A DNA stretch of 64,000 nt from Lachnospiraceae bacterium. GTDB taxonomy: Bacteria; Bacillota; Clostridia; Lachnospirales; Lachnospiraceae. The stretch lies in the NCBI GenBank assembly GCA_017623815.1, contig JAGAOK010000011.1, positions 40,279 to 104,278 on the forward strand, written 5' to 3'. The notes beneath the pieces are model-generated. The model was not told where the DNA came from. It searched no databases and saw nothing but the letters and a program-made list of their open reading frames with translations. The translations under genes were made by a program, and so were the position numbers. Shown here in pieces: positions 17,163-26,690 of the stretch. The number at the start of each line of letters is the position of its first letter. The stretch's first letter is position 1.

Positions 17163-18074
17163 CTATAAAATTTCAAGCAAATGCTTAAAATAGTCAGGCA
17201 GGGGTGCACTTGTCTCAATGTACTGCCCGCTGACCGGATGTACAAATCCGAGAATCATTGCATGAAGACACTGCCCCTGACATTTGTATTTGGAAGACGC
17301 TTTCCCATACACTTCATCTCCAAGGAGCGGATGCCCTTTTGACGCCATATGCACGCGAATCTGATGCGTGCGTCCGGTTTCAAGCTGACATTCAATATAC
17401 GTATGCTGCTTAAAACGCTCCAAAACACGAAAATGCGTCACCGCTTCTTTTCCGTCCGGGGTCACTGCCATCTTTTTGCGGTCCTTTTTATCACGGCCGA
17501 TCGGACCGCAGACCGTTCCCTCATCTTCTTTGATTACACCGCATACGATCGCCCGATACCTGCGACAGATGCTGTGGTCTTTGAGCTGCGCCGCTATATC
17601 ATTGTGCGCGCGGTCATTTTTACAAATCAGAATGGAGCCCGTGGTATCCATATCAATGCGATGGACAATTCCGGGTCTTAATACACCGTTGATTCCGGAC
17701 AGGTTATCCTTGCAGTGATACATCACGGCATTGACCAGCGTTCCGCTGTAATGTCCCGCCGCCGGATGCACCACCATCCCTTTCGGCTTGTCCACCACCA
17801 ACACGTCATCATCCTCATACAGAATCGAAAGCGGAATGTTTTCCGGCTCAATTTCAGGTTCTACGGCCGGCGGAATGCAAAATTCCACGCGGTCATTTTC
17901 TTTCACCTTATAATTGGCCTTTACCGTTTTTCCGTTTACCGCTACTTTTTCGTCTTTGAGAAGTTTCTGGAGAAACGATCGCGACAGCGTATCCATACAC
18001 TGCGCCAACACCTTATCAATCCGTTCCTCTTCCATTTCACTTGTTATTTCAAGCACTATCTTTTCTTCGTTCAC
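17163..18074 (-). CDS. rluD: RluA-family 23S rRNA pseudouridine synthase (RluD-like, with an S4 domain)
   Basis: 303 aa with the HRIDMDTTG catalytic motif. It sits next to lspA, as in Bacillus. Confidence 0.88.
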   Translation of the reverse strand: MNEEKIVLEITSEMEEERIDKVLAQCMDTLSRSFLQKLLKDEKVAVNGKTVKANYKVKENDRVEFCIPPAVEPEIEPENIPLSILYEDDDVLVVDKPKGMVVHPAAGHYSGTLVNAVMYHCKDNLSGINGVLRPGIVHRIDMDTTGSILICKNDRAHNDIAAQLKDHSICRRYRAIVCGVIKEDEGTVCGPIGRDKKDRKKMAVTPDGKEAVTHFRVLERFKQHTYIECQLETGRTHQIRVHMASKGHPLLGDEVYGKASSKYKCQGQCLHAMILGFVHPVSGQYIETSAPLPDYFKHLLEIL

Positions 18075-18089
18075 AAACTTTGCCTCTGT

Positions 18090-18641
18090 TTACTTCGAAT
18101 CACGGTACGTTGCTTTTTTCTGAATACTCAGCGAAATAAAGTTCAAATCCTCCTCTTTGCAGAAAAACAGGAGCATAATCAAAAACAGCGCCGTTCCGAC
18201 CGTTACATAAATATCTGCCACATTAAAAATCGGAAAATCAATCAGACTGAAATAGAAAAAATCCACCACATAATCAAGCCTAAGCCGGTCAATCATATTT
18301 CCGATTCCGCCGGCTGCAATCATCACAAGAAACACATGCCAAGGACGATATTTTTTCTCCATCGGTGCCTTAATCAGCACAAAGAGAATTGCCGTCATCA
18401 TGACCACTGCAGCAAACACAAAAAATACCTGCCCGTTTTGAAGCATTCCAAAGGCCGCACCTCTGTTTTCCAGATACTGCAGTTCAAACACGCCGTCAAT
18501 GAGTTTCAAAGCCGGCTGTCCCTTCAACCTGTCGATGGCCATATACTTCGTTATCTGATCTACGATAACCAACACTGCAAATACCAGAAAATCCCAAATC
18601 AGCTGTATGATTTTTTTCTTTTTTGATAATTTACTATTCAT
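18090..18641 (-). CDS. lspA: Lipoprotein signal peptidase II
   Basis: 183 aa with NRGAAFG and the FNVADIY motif, and four TM segments. Confidence 0.9.
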   Translation of the reverse strand: MNSKLSKKKKIIQLIWDFLVFAVLVIVDQITKYMAIDRLKGQPALKLIDGVFELQYLENRGAAFGMLQNGQVFFVFAAVVMMTAILFVLIKAPMEKKYRPWHVFLVMIAAGGIGNMIDRLRLDYVVDFFYFSLIDFPIFNVADIYVTVGTALFLIMLLFFCKEEDLNFISLSIQKKATYRDSK

Positions 18642-19758
18642 ACTTTTCCTCGTCGCTTACATAAATCTCCTGAATACCCATCAAAAGTTCTTCCTCTGTT
18701 ACTGTCGTATCGATGTAAGCTTTTCCGATTTTTTTCAAAAGGACAAATTTGAGTTTGTCGCCTTCCATCTTTTTATCACTTTTTGTCAGACGAACAATTT
18801 CCTGCGGATCAATATCTTCTATTGTGATCGGCAGATTAAACGGAACAAACATATCCCTGATTTCATAATATTCATCAAATGTCAAAAGTTCTCTTTTATA
18901 TGCAATAAAAGAAGCTGCCACCATACCGAGCGCTATGCATTCCCCATGCAGAAGTTCAAAATTCTTGGCTTTTTCAATTGCATGACCGATGGTGTGTCCG
19001 AAATTAAGGAGTGCACGGTCGCCTTTTTCTTCCGGATCCTTTTCCACCACCTGGCGTTTGATATTACAACAGTTATAGACCATAGTCCGGATTACTTCCG
19101 GATCCTTTTCATAGACTTCATACAGATTGTTGATGATCCAGCCATAAAACATACCATCTTTGATCAGTGCTGACTTAAGCACCTCACCCATTCCGGAATA
19201 AAACTGTCGTTCCGGAAGCGTTGACAGGGTACTCAGATTCATGTACACAAGTTTTGGCATATAAAATGCTCCGACCATGTTTTTATACTTTGAAAAATCA
19301 ACACCTGTTTTTCCGCCGATACTGCTGTCTACCTGGGAAAGCAAAGTCGTCGGAATCTGCACAAAGGAAACACCGCGAAGATAAGTCGATGCCGTAAAGC
19401 CTGTCAAATCACCGACAACGCCTCCGCCGAGAGCTACCAGCATATCCTTGCGGTCAAAACGCTTCTCAATCAAAAACTCATATAATCCGCGAACCGTATC
19501 CAGATTCTTATTTTCTTCTCCGGCCGGGAACGCATATACCTCGCAGGAAGCACATACTTTTTCAAGTTCGCTCTTTACCACCTGTGCATAAATAGGCTCC
19601 ACGTTGGAATCCGTAACGATACAAACCTTTCCGGTTGTTAATTCATATTCTTTCCAAACTTCGGAAAGTTTGTCAAAATTATCTTCAAATACGATCGGAT
19701 AGCAGAATTTCTTATCCTTGCTGACCGGCATTACATTGCTTTCTATTTCTGTAATCAA
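18634..19758 (-). CDS. aroB: 3-dehydroquinate synthase
   Basis: 374 aa with GGGVVGDLTGF and the metal ligands HTIGHAIE. It uses a TTG start with GGAGGA 7 nt upstream. Confidence 0.88.
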   Translation of the reverse strand: MITEIESNVMPVSKDKKFCYPIVFEDNFDKLSEVWKEYELTTGKVCIVTDSNVEPIYAQVVKSELEKVCASCEVYAFPAGEENKNLDTVRGLYEFLIEKRFDRKDMLVALGGGVVGDLTGFTASTYLRGVSFVQIPTTLLSQVDSSIGGKTGVDFSKYKNMVGAFYMPKLVYMNLSTLSTLPERQFYSGMGEVLKSALIKDGMFYGWIINNLYEVYEKDPEVIRTMVYNCCNIKRQVVEKDPEEKGDRALLNFGHTIGHAIEKAKNFELLHGECIALGMVAASFIAYKRELLTFDEYYEIRDMFVPFNLPITIEDIDPQEIVRLTKSDKKMEGDKLKFVLLKKIGKAYIDTTVTEEELLMGIQEIYVSDEEKYE

Positions 19759-19782
19759 AATTTTTCCTCCTTATGACCGAAC

Positions 19783-19812
19783 AAAACTTCCTGCCGACGG
19801 ACAGGAAGTTTT
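19783..19812 (-). terminator. Hairpin/terminator after sepF
   Basis: AAAACTTCCTG-(loop)-CAGGAAGTTTT. The U-rich tail is partly within the stem. Confidence 0.5.
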
Positions 19813-19855
19813 GCAGATATCTCATATGTATTGTCTTTATAATATTAATCTGCGA

Positions 19856-20380
19856 TTATAATTCAGCGTCCATGGAGGAAATGTCTAATGCTCCTCCTGC
19901 CAGATAGTCCTGAAAATCGCCCGAAATATCAACACTCTTCGGAGTGATGATGAAAATATAATGTGAAATTTTCTGCAAATTACCTGAAATCGCATAGCAG
20001 GAACCGGATGTAAAATCAATAATTCTCTGTGCGATATCCACATCAAGACCTTCCATATTAAGGACTACGGTTCTATTTGCAAGAAGTGTTTCTGTAATCT
20101 CTCTTGCATCATCCACTGTTGTCGGTTTAATCACACAAACTTCCATTCCACTCACCCCTCTTCTAGGCTGTTGCTTCATCGGTGTCACTTTTGCTGCCGG
20201 TTTTGCTTTCGGCGCTTCATCCAGATATTCGTCTTCCTCCTGTTTTGCAAAGACCTTTTTCTTAGGTTTTTCCTCTACATAATCATCTTCTACATCATAT
20301 CCGTCGTCTTCATAATCATCTTCATAATCGTCCGGATTTAATTTCATTGTGCTGACAAGCTTATCTAATATCATGGTCAT
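19856..20380 (-). CDS. sepF: Cell division protein SepF
   Basis: 174 aa with an acidic linker and a C-terminal SepF/DUF552 core (VCVIKPTTVDDAREITETLLANRTVVLNMEGLD). Confidence 0.9.
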   Translation of the reverse strand: MTMILDKLVSTMKLNPDDYEDDYEDDGYDVEDDYVEEKPKKKVFAKQEEDEYLDEAPKAKPAAKVTPMKQQPRRGVSGMEVCVIKPTTVDDAREITETLLANRTVVLNMEGLDVDIAQRIIDFTSGSCYAISGNLQKISHYIFIITPKSVDISGDFQDYLAGGALDISSMDAEL

Positions 20381-20385
20381 TCTCC

Positions 20386-21093
20386 TTACACATTTGTAAT
20401 TTTAAGGCCGTAATCTCTTTCACCGAAAATACTTGTCCCGACGCGGACATACGTGGCGCCTTCTTCTACAGCAACCAAATAGTCACCGCTCATTCCCATG
20501 GAAAGAGAACCCATAGATATATTATCAATGTTTTTATGCATTATGTCAACAGATAATTGCTTTAATTTTCGGAAATACTGTCGATTTTCCTCCGCATTTT
20601 CAACATATGGCGCAATCGTCATAAGCCCCTTGACACAAATCCCCGGCAAAACCGAAATCTGTCTGATAAGCTCTGCCGTCTCATCGGTTTTTAACCCAAA
20701 TTTTGTCTCTTCCTGCGCCACATTAACTTCGATCAGAATATTTACCGTCACATTCTTTTTACATGCTTCCTTACTGATCTCCTCCGCCAGACGCAGGGAA
20801 TCTACGCTGTGGATCAGAAAAACCTTATCCACAATGTATTTCACCTTATTGCGCTGCAAATGTCCAATCATATGCCAGCGGATATCTTTTGGCAATGTCT
20901 CATACTTTTCCACCAGCTCCTGAACCTTATTTTCCCCAAAATCCCGACATCCATGTTCATACAGCTGCGCAAGCATGGAAACCGGCTTGGTTTTACTGAC
21001 TGCAATCAGCTCAACTTCCGCTCTTTCCCGTCCGGCTTTTTCGCAAGCCGCATCGATGTTTTTTTGTATCTCATCATAATTTTGTGTAATCAT
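20386..21093 (-). CDS. yggS: YggS/YlmE family pyridoxal-phosphate homeostasis protein
   Basis: 235 aa with LIAVSKTKP (PLP-binding Lys) and HMIGHLQRNK. It shows ylmE-sepF synteny. Confidence 0.9.
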   Translation of the reverse strand: MITQNYDEIQKNIDAACEKAGRERAEVELIAVSKTKPVSMLAQLYEHGCRDFGENKVQELVEKYETLPKDIRWHMIGHLQRNKVKYIVDKVFLIHSVDSLRLAEEISKEACKKNVTVNILIEVNVAQEETKFGLKTDETAELIRQISVLPGICVKGLMTIAPYVENAEENRQYFRKLKQLSVDIMHKNIDNISMGSLSMGMSGDYLVAVEEGATYVRVGTSIFGERDYGLKITNV

Positions 21094-21104
21094 AATCCCA
21101 TTCC

Positions 21105-22505
21105 TTATTCATAGATAAAATCATCTGCACTGACTGTATCTGCATCCAGTACAATATAATCATACTCTGACAGGCCATACGATGTATTGGATTTTACAAT
21201 CGAATATTCTTCGTTGGAATATAAAATCGTGATAGAGGTAAAATCCGCGTACCCTTTGTTAATATTGTACACACCAATCAGTGTTCCTACTTTATTGATC
21301 TCTAATTTCTGCGAAGAATCTGTTTTGCAAATATAATCTCCCGGCTTAAAATGATCCGTATCCACATAGTAAAACTCATCATCCGCATAATAAATCTTAG
21401 CTTCTACATTTTGCGTAACAAGCTTTCCTTCGTCGTTATAACTTTCACGCAAAAAGGTTCCCGTTGTTCCTTTTTTCGTGGATTCCTGGCGAAAATCAAC
21501 CGGAATCAGATAAAACTCCTGCTCGGTAATTGCGCTGTTTGGAACCTTAAGTCCTTTTTCCTGACGATATAAGATTTCAAGGTCAATATACCGGTCCGTA
21601 GCAAACGTAATCATGGAATTGGTAAAATCCAGTTTCAAATAAGTTCCGTCCGGATTATCCAGCACCGACACTTTCGCCCAGGATGTATACTGATTTTTCA
21701 GAAATTTCACCTCTACGTATTCTTCTTCCAACAGTTCCTGCGCACGGCTTTTTTCCATCGGAATCACAATCGACCAGTCCTCGGACTGCAGTAATTTATA
21801 TGCCTTATCCTGCTGGCTGACAAGCTGATTGGTCTCAAGCTGCACCTGCACCTTACGATCTTCTCCAAACATTTCTTTGTTTACAGACTCCGGCGCGATT
21901 CCCTCGTATCCGTCAATACCATAAACCACCACGCCACTGGCCGGGGCATACTGAAACGAAACATTTCCGGCAGAGTTTCCGAGAATCGAATGGATATTAC
22001 CGAGCATATTGTAATTGGAAAGCTTCAGTGCCATCCCTTCCACTTGTCCTTTAAACTCATAAATCCGTTCAAACTCCTGCGGTGAAAACGCGTTCTGAAA
22101 ATTCATCATATTGTTTTGAATATCGTTCAGATCCCGATCCGAAAACAAGACTTCTTCCTCACTTGCTTCCATCATTTCTGCAATCTTCCCGGAACTGTCC
22201 AGCGTATAAATCAGATCACCGCATGCAACATGCTCTGCTTCCCTTGCAAAAAAATTGATGTATCCGGTTCCGTTTGCCGTATACACCGTCTCGTCACGGA
22301 GCGCTATTCCTTCGTACACATTCGGAACACTCAAAGATCCTTCCACCACTTCATATCCGACAATGTGTTTGTCGTTGAAATACATAATGATACAAATAAC
22401 CATATAGATAAACATCACGCCGAAAATAACAACCGTCGGTGTAATTTGAATCTTCTCTTTTTTATAATCACTGAATTTGGTAATGTTACTCTTTTTCCCA
22501 GCCAA
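21105..22505 (-). CDS. Membrane-anchored protein, HlyD/membrane-fusion-like (uncertain)
   Basis: 466 aa with a single N-terminal TM segment and a large beta-rich ectodomain. It uses a TTG start with the SD GAGGAG. Confidence 0.35.
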   Translation of the reverse strand: MAGKKSNITKFSDYKKEKIQITPTVVIFGVMFIYMVICIIMYFNDKHIVGYEVVEGSLSVPNVYEGIALRDETVYTANGTGYINFFAREAEHVACGDLIYTLDSSGKIAEMMEASEEEVLFSDRDLNDIQNNMMNFQNAFSPQEFERIYEFKGQVEGMALKLSNYNMLGNIHSILGNSAGNVSFQYAPASGVVVYGIDGYEGIAPESVNKEMFGEDRKVQVQLETNQLVSQQDKAYKLLQSEDWSIVIPMEKSRAQELLEEEYVEVKFLKNQYTSWAKVSVLDNPDGTYLKLDFTNSMITFATDRYIDLEILYRQEKGLKVPNSAITEQEFYLIPVDFRQESTKKGTTGTFLRESYNDEGKLVTQNVEAKIYYADDEFYYVDTDHFKPGDYICKTDSSQKLEINKVGTLIGVYNINKGYADFTSITILYSNEEYSIVKSNTSYGLSEYDYIVLDADTVSADDFIYE

Positions 22506-22519
22506 AGTAATCTCCTCAT

Positions 22520-22547
22520 AAAAAAGCCCCGGACAAAAATCCGAGGC
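22520..22547 (-). terminator. Rho-independent terminator after the 139-aa P-loop gene
   Basis: The minus-strand RNA reads GCCUCGGA-UUUUUG-UCCGGGGC followed by UUUUUU. Confidence 0.6.
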
Positions 22548-22563
22548 CTTGTATTCGCTTTTA

Positions 22564-22983
22564 TTATAAAGATACGATAACCTTTTCTTTTAATGCCTCA
22601 GGCAACTCCTCTTCATTCATTCCGACACTGAGTACAAAATCAACTCCGAAGGATTCACCGAATTTTTCAAGTTTATCGACAACCGGTGTAATATCTTTTC
22701 CGTCCAAATATGCAATCGTCAAAAAATTATCCAGGAACATCATCTGTAAATCATGATCCTGAGAAATGATACCACTGAGGAATCCAACAAATTCATCACT
22801 GGATGCAATCATGTAGTCTGATACATTGATCAGTCTGACTTTATTATTCAGTTCAAACATATGCTTGGTGTTCTTATCAAGGTATACAATATTACCGGTC
22901 GCATCAAGCACCTGCGTATTTACCTTTTCTAAAAGATGTTTTGTTTTTCCTTTACCTTTATTACCGACAATTAACTGAACCAT
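22564..22983 (-). CDS. Small P-loop (Walker A) protein of unknown function
   Basis: 139 aa. The N-terminal GNKGKGKT fits GxxxxGKT, and MMFLDNF may be a Walker B. Confidence 0.35.
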   Translation of the reverse strand: MVQLIVGNKGKGKTKHLLEKVNTQVLDATGNIVYLDKNTKHMFELNNKVRLINVSDYMIASSDEFVGFLSGIISQDHDLQMMFLDNFLTIAYLDGKDITPVVDKLEKFGESFGVDFVLSVGMNEEELPEALKEKVIVSL

Positions 22984-23125
22984 ATGTAAGCCCTCCTATT
23001 GTTATGTGTCATTTCGAAATTTGTGCACTTTGATGTTTTCAGGCACCCTTTCGATATTAAATATTATAAATTATATCCTAATAAAATACAACCATTTTCC
23101 ACTTTTTTTATCGTTTCATGTCAAA

Positions 23126-24124
23126 TTAAATTTCGCCGAGTAGCTCCGTCATTTCCTGATACAGATACTGTCTTTCGCTACAATTTAAAATCACGGAAAC
23201 ATACGGATTTCCGGCTGAATCTTTTGAAAGAAGAACCAGACAATTGCGGGCAGCTGCCGTTGTTCCTGTTTTTCCGCCGATTACGGTAACTCCTTCCGGC
23301 GGCGCATATTCACCGCGCAAAAACAGGTTGGTCGTGCTGCATGTGTATTCCTTCGGATTGCCTTCTGCATCGTGATAAATGGTTTCATATGTATCCTGAT
23401 GAATAATCTGTGTAAACTCCTGATACTTCATCACTTCCTGAAAAATCAGATACATGTCGTAGGCACAGGAATAATGCCCATCCGCAGTCAGTCCATGCGG
23501 ATTTTTAAAGCAGGAATTCGTTGCACCGAGTGCTTTGGCTTCCGCATTCATCATCGCGCAAAACGCTTCTTCACTGCCTGCAATATTTTCTGCAATCATG
23601 ACCGCAACATCATTGGCCGATTGCATCAAAAGTGCATGCAGCGCCTGATCCATTGTCATCTTATCCCCCGGTTCCAATCCCAGAAGCGTCGCTCCACTCT
23701 CATTAATTTTTACATTTTCCGATGCTGTCAGCACCATGTCCAGTTCAGAATTTTTCAATGCCACAAGCGCTGTCAACACCTTCGTAAGGCTTGCAGGTGC
23801 AAGCTGCATATGCTCTTCTTTTGCATATACAACGCGCTTTTGATTCACATCACATAATACTCCGGATAATGCTTCCGACAAATTCACGGAATTAGATGAT
23901 AATGTCATCTCGTCTGCCAGACACAAATCTGCTGCAAAGGCTTCTGCCTTCCCCGCCTCGCCTGCGGATGACCCGCTCTTTTCAAAGCGGTATGCACTTA
24001 CATTTCCTGTCGGATTGTAAGACATCGCAAGACTATTTCCGCCGCATCCGGTCATCGTAATCACCGAAAGCAGACACACTACCATTATTCGTTTTGTTTT
24101 ATTTATACATTTCACGCCACTCAA
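23126..24124 (-). CDS. Serine-type D-Ala-D-Ala carboxypeptidase (S11, PBP5-like), probable lipoprotein
   Basis: It has SLTK (SxxK), SAND (SxN) and KTGTT (KTG) motifs and the lipobox-like MTGC. The start is uncertain (TTG at 24124 or an internal GTG/ATG). Confidence 0.85.
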   Translation of the reverse strand: MSGVKCINKTKRIMVVCLLSVITMTGCGGNSLAMSYNPTGNVSAYRFEKSGSSAGEAGKAEAFAADLCLADEMTLSSNSVNLSEALSGVLCDVNQKRVVYAKEEHMQLAPASLTKVLTALVALKNSELDMVLTASENVKINESGATLLGLEPGDKMTMDQALHALLMQSANDVAVMIAENIAGSEEAFCAMMNAEAKALGATNSCFKNPHGLTADGHYSCAYDMYLIFQEVMKYQEFTQIIHQDTYETIYHDAEGNPKEYTCSTTNLFLRGEYAPPEGVTVIGGKTGTTAAARNCLVLLSKDSAGNPYVSVILNCSERQYLYQEMTELLGEI

Positions 24125-24494
24125 GGTCTCCTCTACTCAATGCTTTAATGAGAAGTTCCGCTGTTGCAAGATTCGTCGCAAGCGGAATGTTATGCATATC
24201 ACAAAGACGCACAAGATTATCCACATCCGGCTCATGAATTTTCTGTGTATACGGATCGCGAAGGAAAATCACAAGATCGACCTGATTATGTTCAATCTGG
24301 GCTCCGAGCTGCTGCTCACCGCCTAAATGTCCCGCCAGATACTTGTGAATAGTCAAATTGGTTACTTCCTCAATCAAACGACCGGTCGTTCCTGTCGCAT
24401 ACAATTCGTTTTTACTTAATATTCCTCTGTATGCGATACAGAAATTCTGCATCAGTTTCTTTTTTGCATCATGTGCAATCAGCGCAATCTTCAT
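24099..24494 (-). CDS. mgsA: Methylglyoxal synthase
   Basis: 131 aa starting MKIALIAHDAKKK, with TGTTG. The SD GAGAGGG lies 7 nt upstream of the ATG at 24494. The track's 215-aa ORF is an unsupported N-terminal extension into rodA. Confidence 0.92.
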   Translation of the reverse strand: MKIALIAHDAKKKLMQNFCIAYRGILSKNELYATGTTGRLIEEVTNLTIHKYLAGHLGGEQQLGAQIEHNQVDLVIFLRDPYTQKIHEPDVDNLVRLCDMHNIPLATNLATAELLIKALSRGDLEWREMYK

Positions 24495-24508
24495 AAGCAT
24501 ACCCTCTC

Positions 24509-25621
24509 TTATGTGTATTTTCTGACACACTGCAATCTGACATTTAATACAACCCCCATACCGATGTACAAACTCAGCAGTGATGTCAACCCATAACTTA
24601 CAAACGGCAACGGAATTCCGGTGTTCGGAAGAACGCCCGTCGCAACGGAAATATTGATAAAACTTTGAAAGCCGATCAGCGTTGCCATTCCGGACGCAAT
24701 CAGCATTCCTGCAAGATCTTTCGCCTTTCGTGCAATCATGAGACACTCCATTGTTATGAGAAGCAAAAGCACAATCACCGTACAGCCTCCCATAAACCCA
24801 AGCTCTTCTCCAACTATAGCGAAAATAAAATCCGTCTGCGGTTCCGAAATAAAATTACCGTTTTTTACGGAACTGATTTCATTATTATTCAGTCCCTTGC
24901 CAAACAATTCTCCGCTTCCGATCGCGATTTTTGAGTTATCCTGCTGATAGCCCTGCGTCGTCGAATATTCATCCGGATTCAACCATGCAAGAATTCGTGT
25001 CTGCTGATAGTCCTTAATCAATTCCTGATCCGGTTGCAATACAATTGCCAGAAATATGATTGCCGCCGGTATGATAACTACCAGCACTCCGAATATGATC
25101 TTATAACTCAACCCACCAATGAAAAGAAGCGAGCAAAACAACAGTCCAATCATAATACTGGTCGACAGATCCGGTTGCTCAAGTATCAGCCAAAGCGGCG
25201 GAAGAAGCAACACTACCATTGTCAAAATCGTCTTGAAAGAACTGATGCTCTCCTTATGTTTCATAATAAACTGTGCATAAAATAAAATCAACATAATTTT
25301 GGCAGTTTCCGAAGGTTGAAATCGAATTCCGGCGATGGAAACCCAGCGCTGCGCATTGTTGGTCTCTTCTCCGAAAAACTCAACCAAAAGCAGCAAAATC
25401 ACATTGGCCACATAGATGACCCAGTGGAACCTTAGAAACGCCGAATAATCAAATAACGATATGACAATCATTAAGAATAATCCTGTAATAAATCCGAGTA
25501 TCTGCTTGGACTGAAAGGACTCATTCGCACTTCCTATGACCATAATACCGATCACCGTCAGGGCCACCAGCATGAGTATTAACTTAAAATCATAATCTCT
25601 GACACGATATCTCTTTAGCAT
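24509..25621 (-). CDS. rodA: SEDS-family peptidoglycan polymerase RodA/FtsW
   Basis: 370 aa polytopic protein with conserved SEDS motifs (QPSE, GSGELFGKG, PQTDFIF). It lies in the min/mre context. Confidence 0.88.
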   Translation of the reverse strand: MLKRYRVRDYDFKLILMLVALTVIGIMVIGSANESFQSKQILGFITGLFLMIVISLFDYSAFLRFHWVIYVANVILLLLVEFFGEETNNAQRWVSIAGIRFQPSETAKIMLILFYAQFIMKHKESISSFKTILTMVVLLLPPLWLILEQPDLSTSIMIGLLFCSLLFIGGLSYKIIFGVLVVIIPAAIIFLAIVLQPDQELIKDYQQTRILAWLNPDEYSTTQGYQQDNSKIAIGSGELFGKGLNNNEISSVKNGNFISEPQTDFIFAIVGEELGFMGGCTVIVLLLLITMECLMIARKAKDLAGMLIASGMATLIGFQSFINISVATGVLPNTGIPLPFVSYGLTSLLSLYIGMGVVLNVRLQCVRKYT

Positions 25622-25625
25622 ATTA

Positions 25626-25841
25626 TCACCAAAATACGTTTATTTTTCGTTTACTTACTTCTATTTCCATCCTGCCCGGTTCAATCTGTATGTACCTCGA
25701 CAAAACCTTTGCAATGTCCTGTTTGATCAGTTCCATCATTTCCGGAGAACAATTGAACCGATCGGAAATCAGAAGAATCTTCAGTCTGTCTTTTGCAATA
25801 TCTTTCGATCTTTTCTTGTGAAACAAACCTTTTATACTCAT
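25626..25841 (-). CDS. minE: Cell division topological specificity factor MinE
   Basis: 71 aa with SKDIAKDRLKILLISDR, following minD. Confidence 0.88.
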   Translation of the reverse strand: MSIKGLFHKKRSKDIAKDRLKILLISDRFNCSPEMMELIKQDIAKVLSRYIQIEPGRMEIEVSKRKINVFW

Positions 25842-25855
25842 ATTCTTCCCCTCCT

Positions 25856-26647
25856 TTAATTTTTCTGAAATATTCCGGCAAAACGGAACCAGACAGATTT
25901 TTCTTTTTCGGGGTCAAATATCGGAACCTCTTCTCCTAATATTCTGTTACATATATTCATATAGGCTCTTCCTGCAATGCTGTCTCCGCACACCAGCGGC
26001 TCTCCATGGTTTGTCGAAACGACCACGGCTTCATCGTCATATACAGCACCAATCAGATCCACCGACAGAATGTCGACTACATCTCCCACACTCATCATGT
26101 CGCCGCGTCTTATCATATCGCTGCGAAGACGGTTAACTACCAGATCCACTCTTCCGACTTCGTATGCTTGAAGGAGACCTATAATACGGTCCGCGTCACG
26201 TATCGCAGACACCTCCGGAGTTGTAACCACAATCGCTCTGTCCGCGCCTGCAATCGCATTCTGAAATCCACGTTCGATTCCGGCCGGACAATCTAAAAGT
26301 ATATAATCAAACTGTTCCTTGAGCTGCTGGGTAAGCTTACGCATCTGCTCCGGATTTACCGCTGTCTTATCTCTTGTCTGTGCACATGGCAGAAGATAAA
26401 GTCCCGGATATCTCTTATCCTTAATCAGCGCCTGTTTGACTCTGCAATTCCCCTCTACCACATCTACCAGATTGTAAACAATACGGTTTTCCAGTCCCAT
26501 CACAACATCAAGATTCCGAAGACCGATATCCGTATCAATCAGTACTACTTTCTTCCCCAAATAGGCAAGTCCCGTTCCTATGTTTGCGGTCGTTGTAGTT
26601 TTTCCTACGCCGCCTTTTCCGGATGTAATGACAATTACTTCACTCAT
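25856..26647 (-). CDS. minD: Septum site-determining ATPase MinD
   Basis: It has the deviant Walker A SGKGGVGKTT. The ATG at 26647 has better SD spacing than the one at 26653. Confidence 0.95.
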   Translation of the reverse strand: MSEVIVITSGKGGVGKTTTTANIGTGLAYLGKKVVLIDTDIGLRNLDVVMGLENRIVYNLVDVVEGNCRVKQALIKDKRYPGLYLLPCAQTRDKTAVNPEQMRKLTQQLKEQFDYILLDCPAGIERGFQNAIAGADRAIVVTTPEVSAIRDADRIIGLLQAYEVGRVDLVVNRLRSDMIRRGDMMSVGDVVDILSVDLIGAVYDDEAVVVSTNHGEPLVCGDSIAGRAYMNICNRILGEEVPIFDPEKEKSVWFRFAGIFQKN

Positions 26648-26690
26648 AATCATTCCTCAACTTTCATGAAATATTTGTCCCCTGCACCGC

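Noticed and set aside
17715-18626. Long plus-strand ORFs antisense to real genes: this 303-aa ORF, plus 41954-42829 (291 aa), 9560-10375 (271 aa), 61022-61804 (260 aa) and 7435-7980 (181 aa).
   Set aside because: Their translations are low-complexity (rich in H, F, R, C, I) with no recognisable motifs. They lie entirely opposite well-supported conserved genes (lspA/rluD, proA, cysK, the TPR protein, leuC). This is the expected shadow-ORF artefact of codon bias.
24495-24746. N-terminal extensions of track ORFs: mgsA as 215 aa; the Rpn gene from 6184; the BaiN-like gene from 47833; the FAD oxidoreductase from 46577; rlmH, nfnA, miaA, minC.
   Set aside because: The extensions overlap upstream genes, promoters or terminators and lack an SD. 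Internal ATGs with good SD spacing give proteins that begin at the conserved family N-termini.
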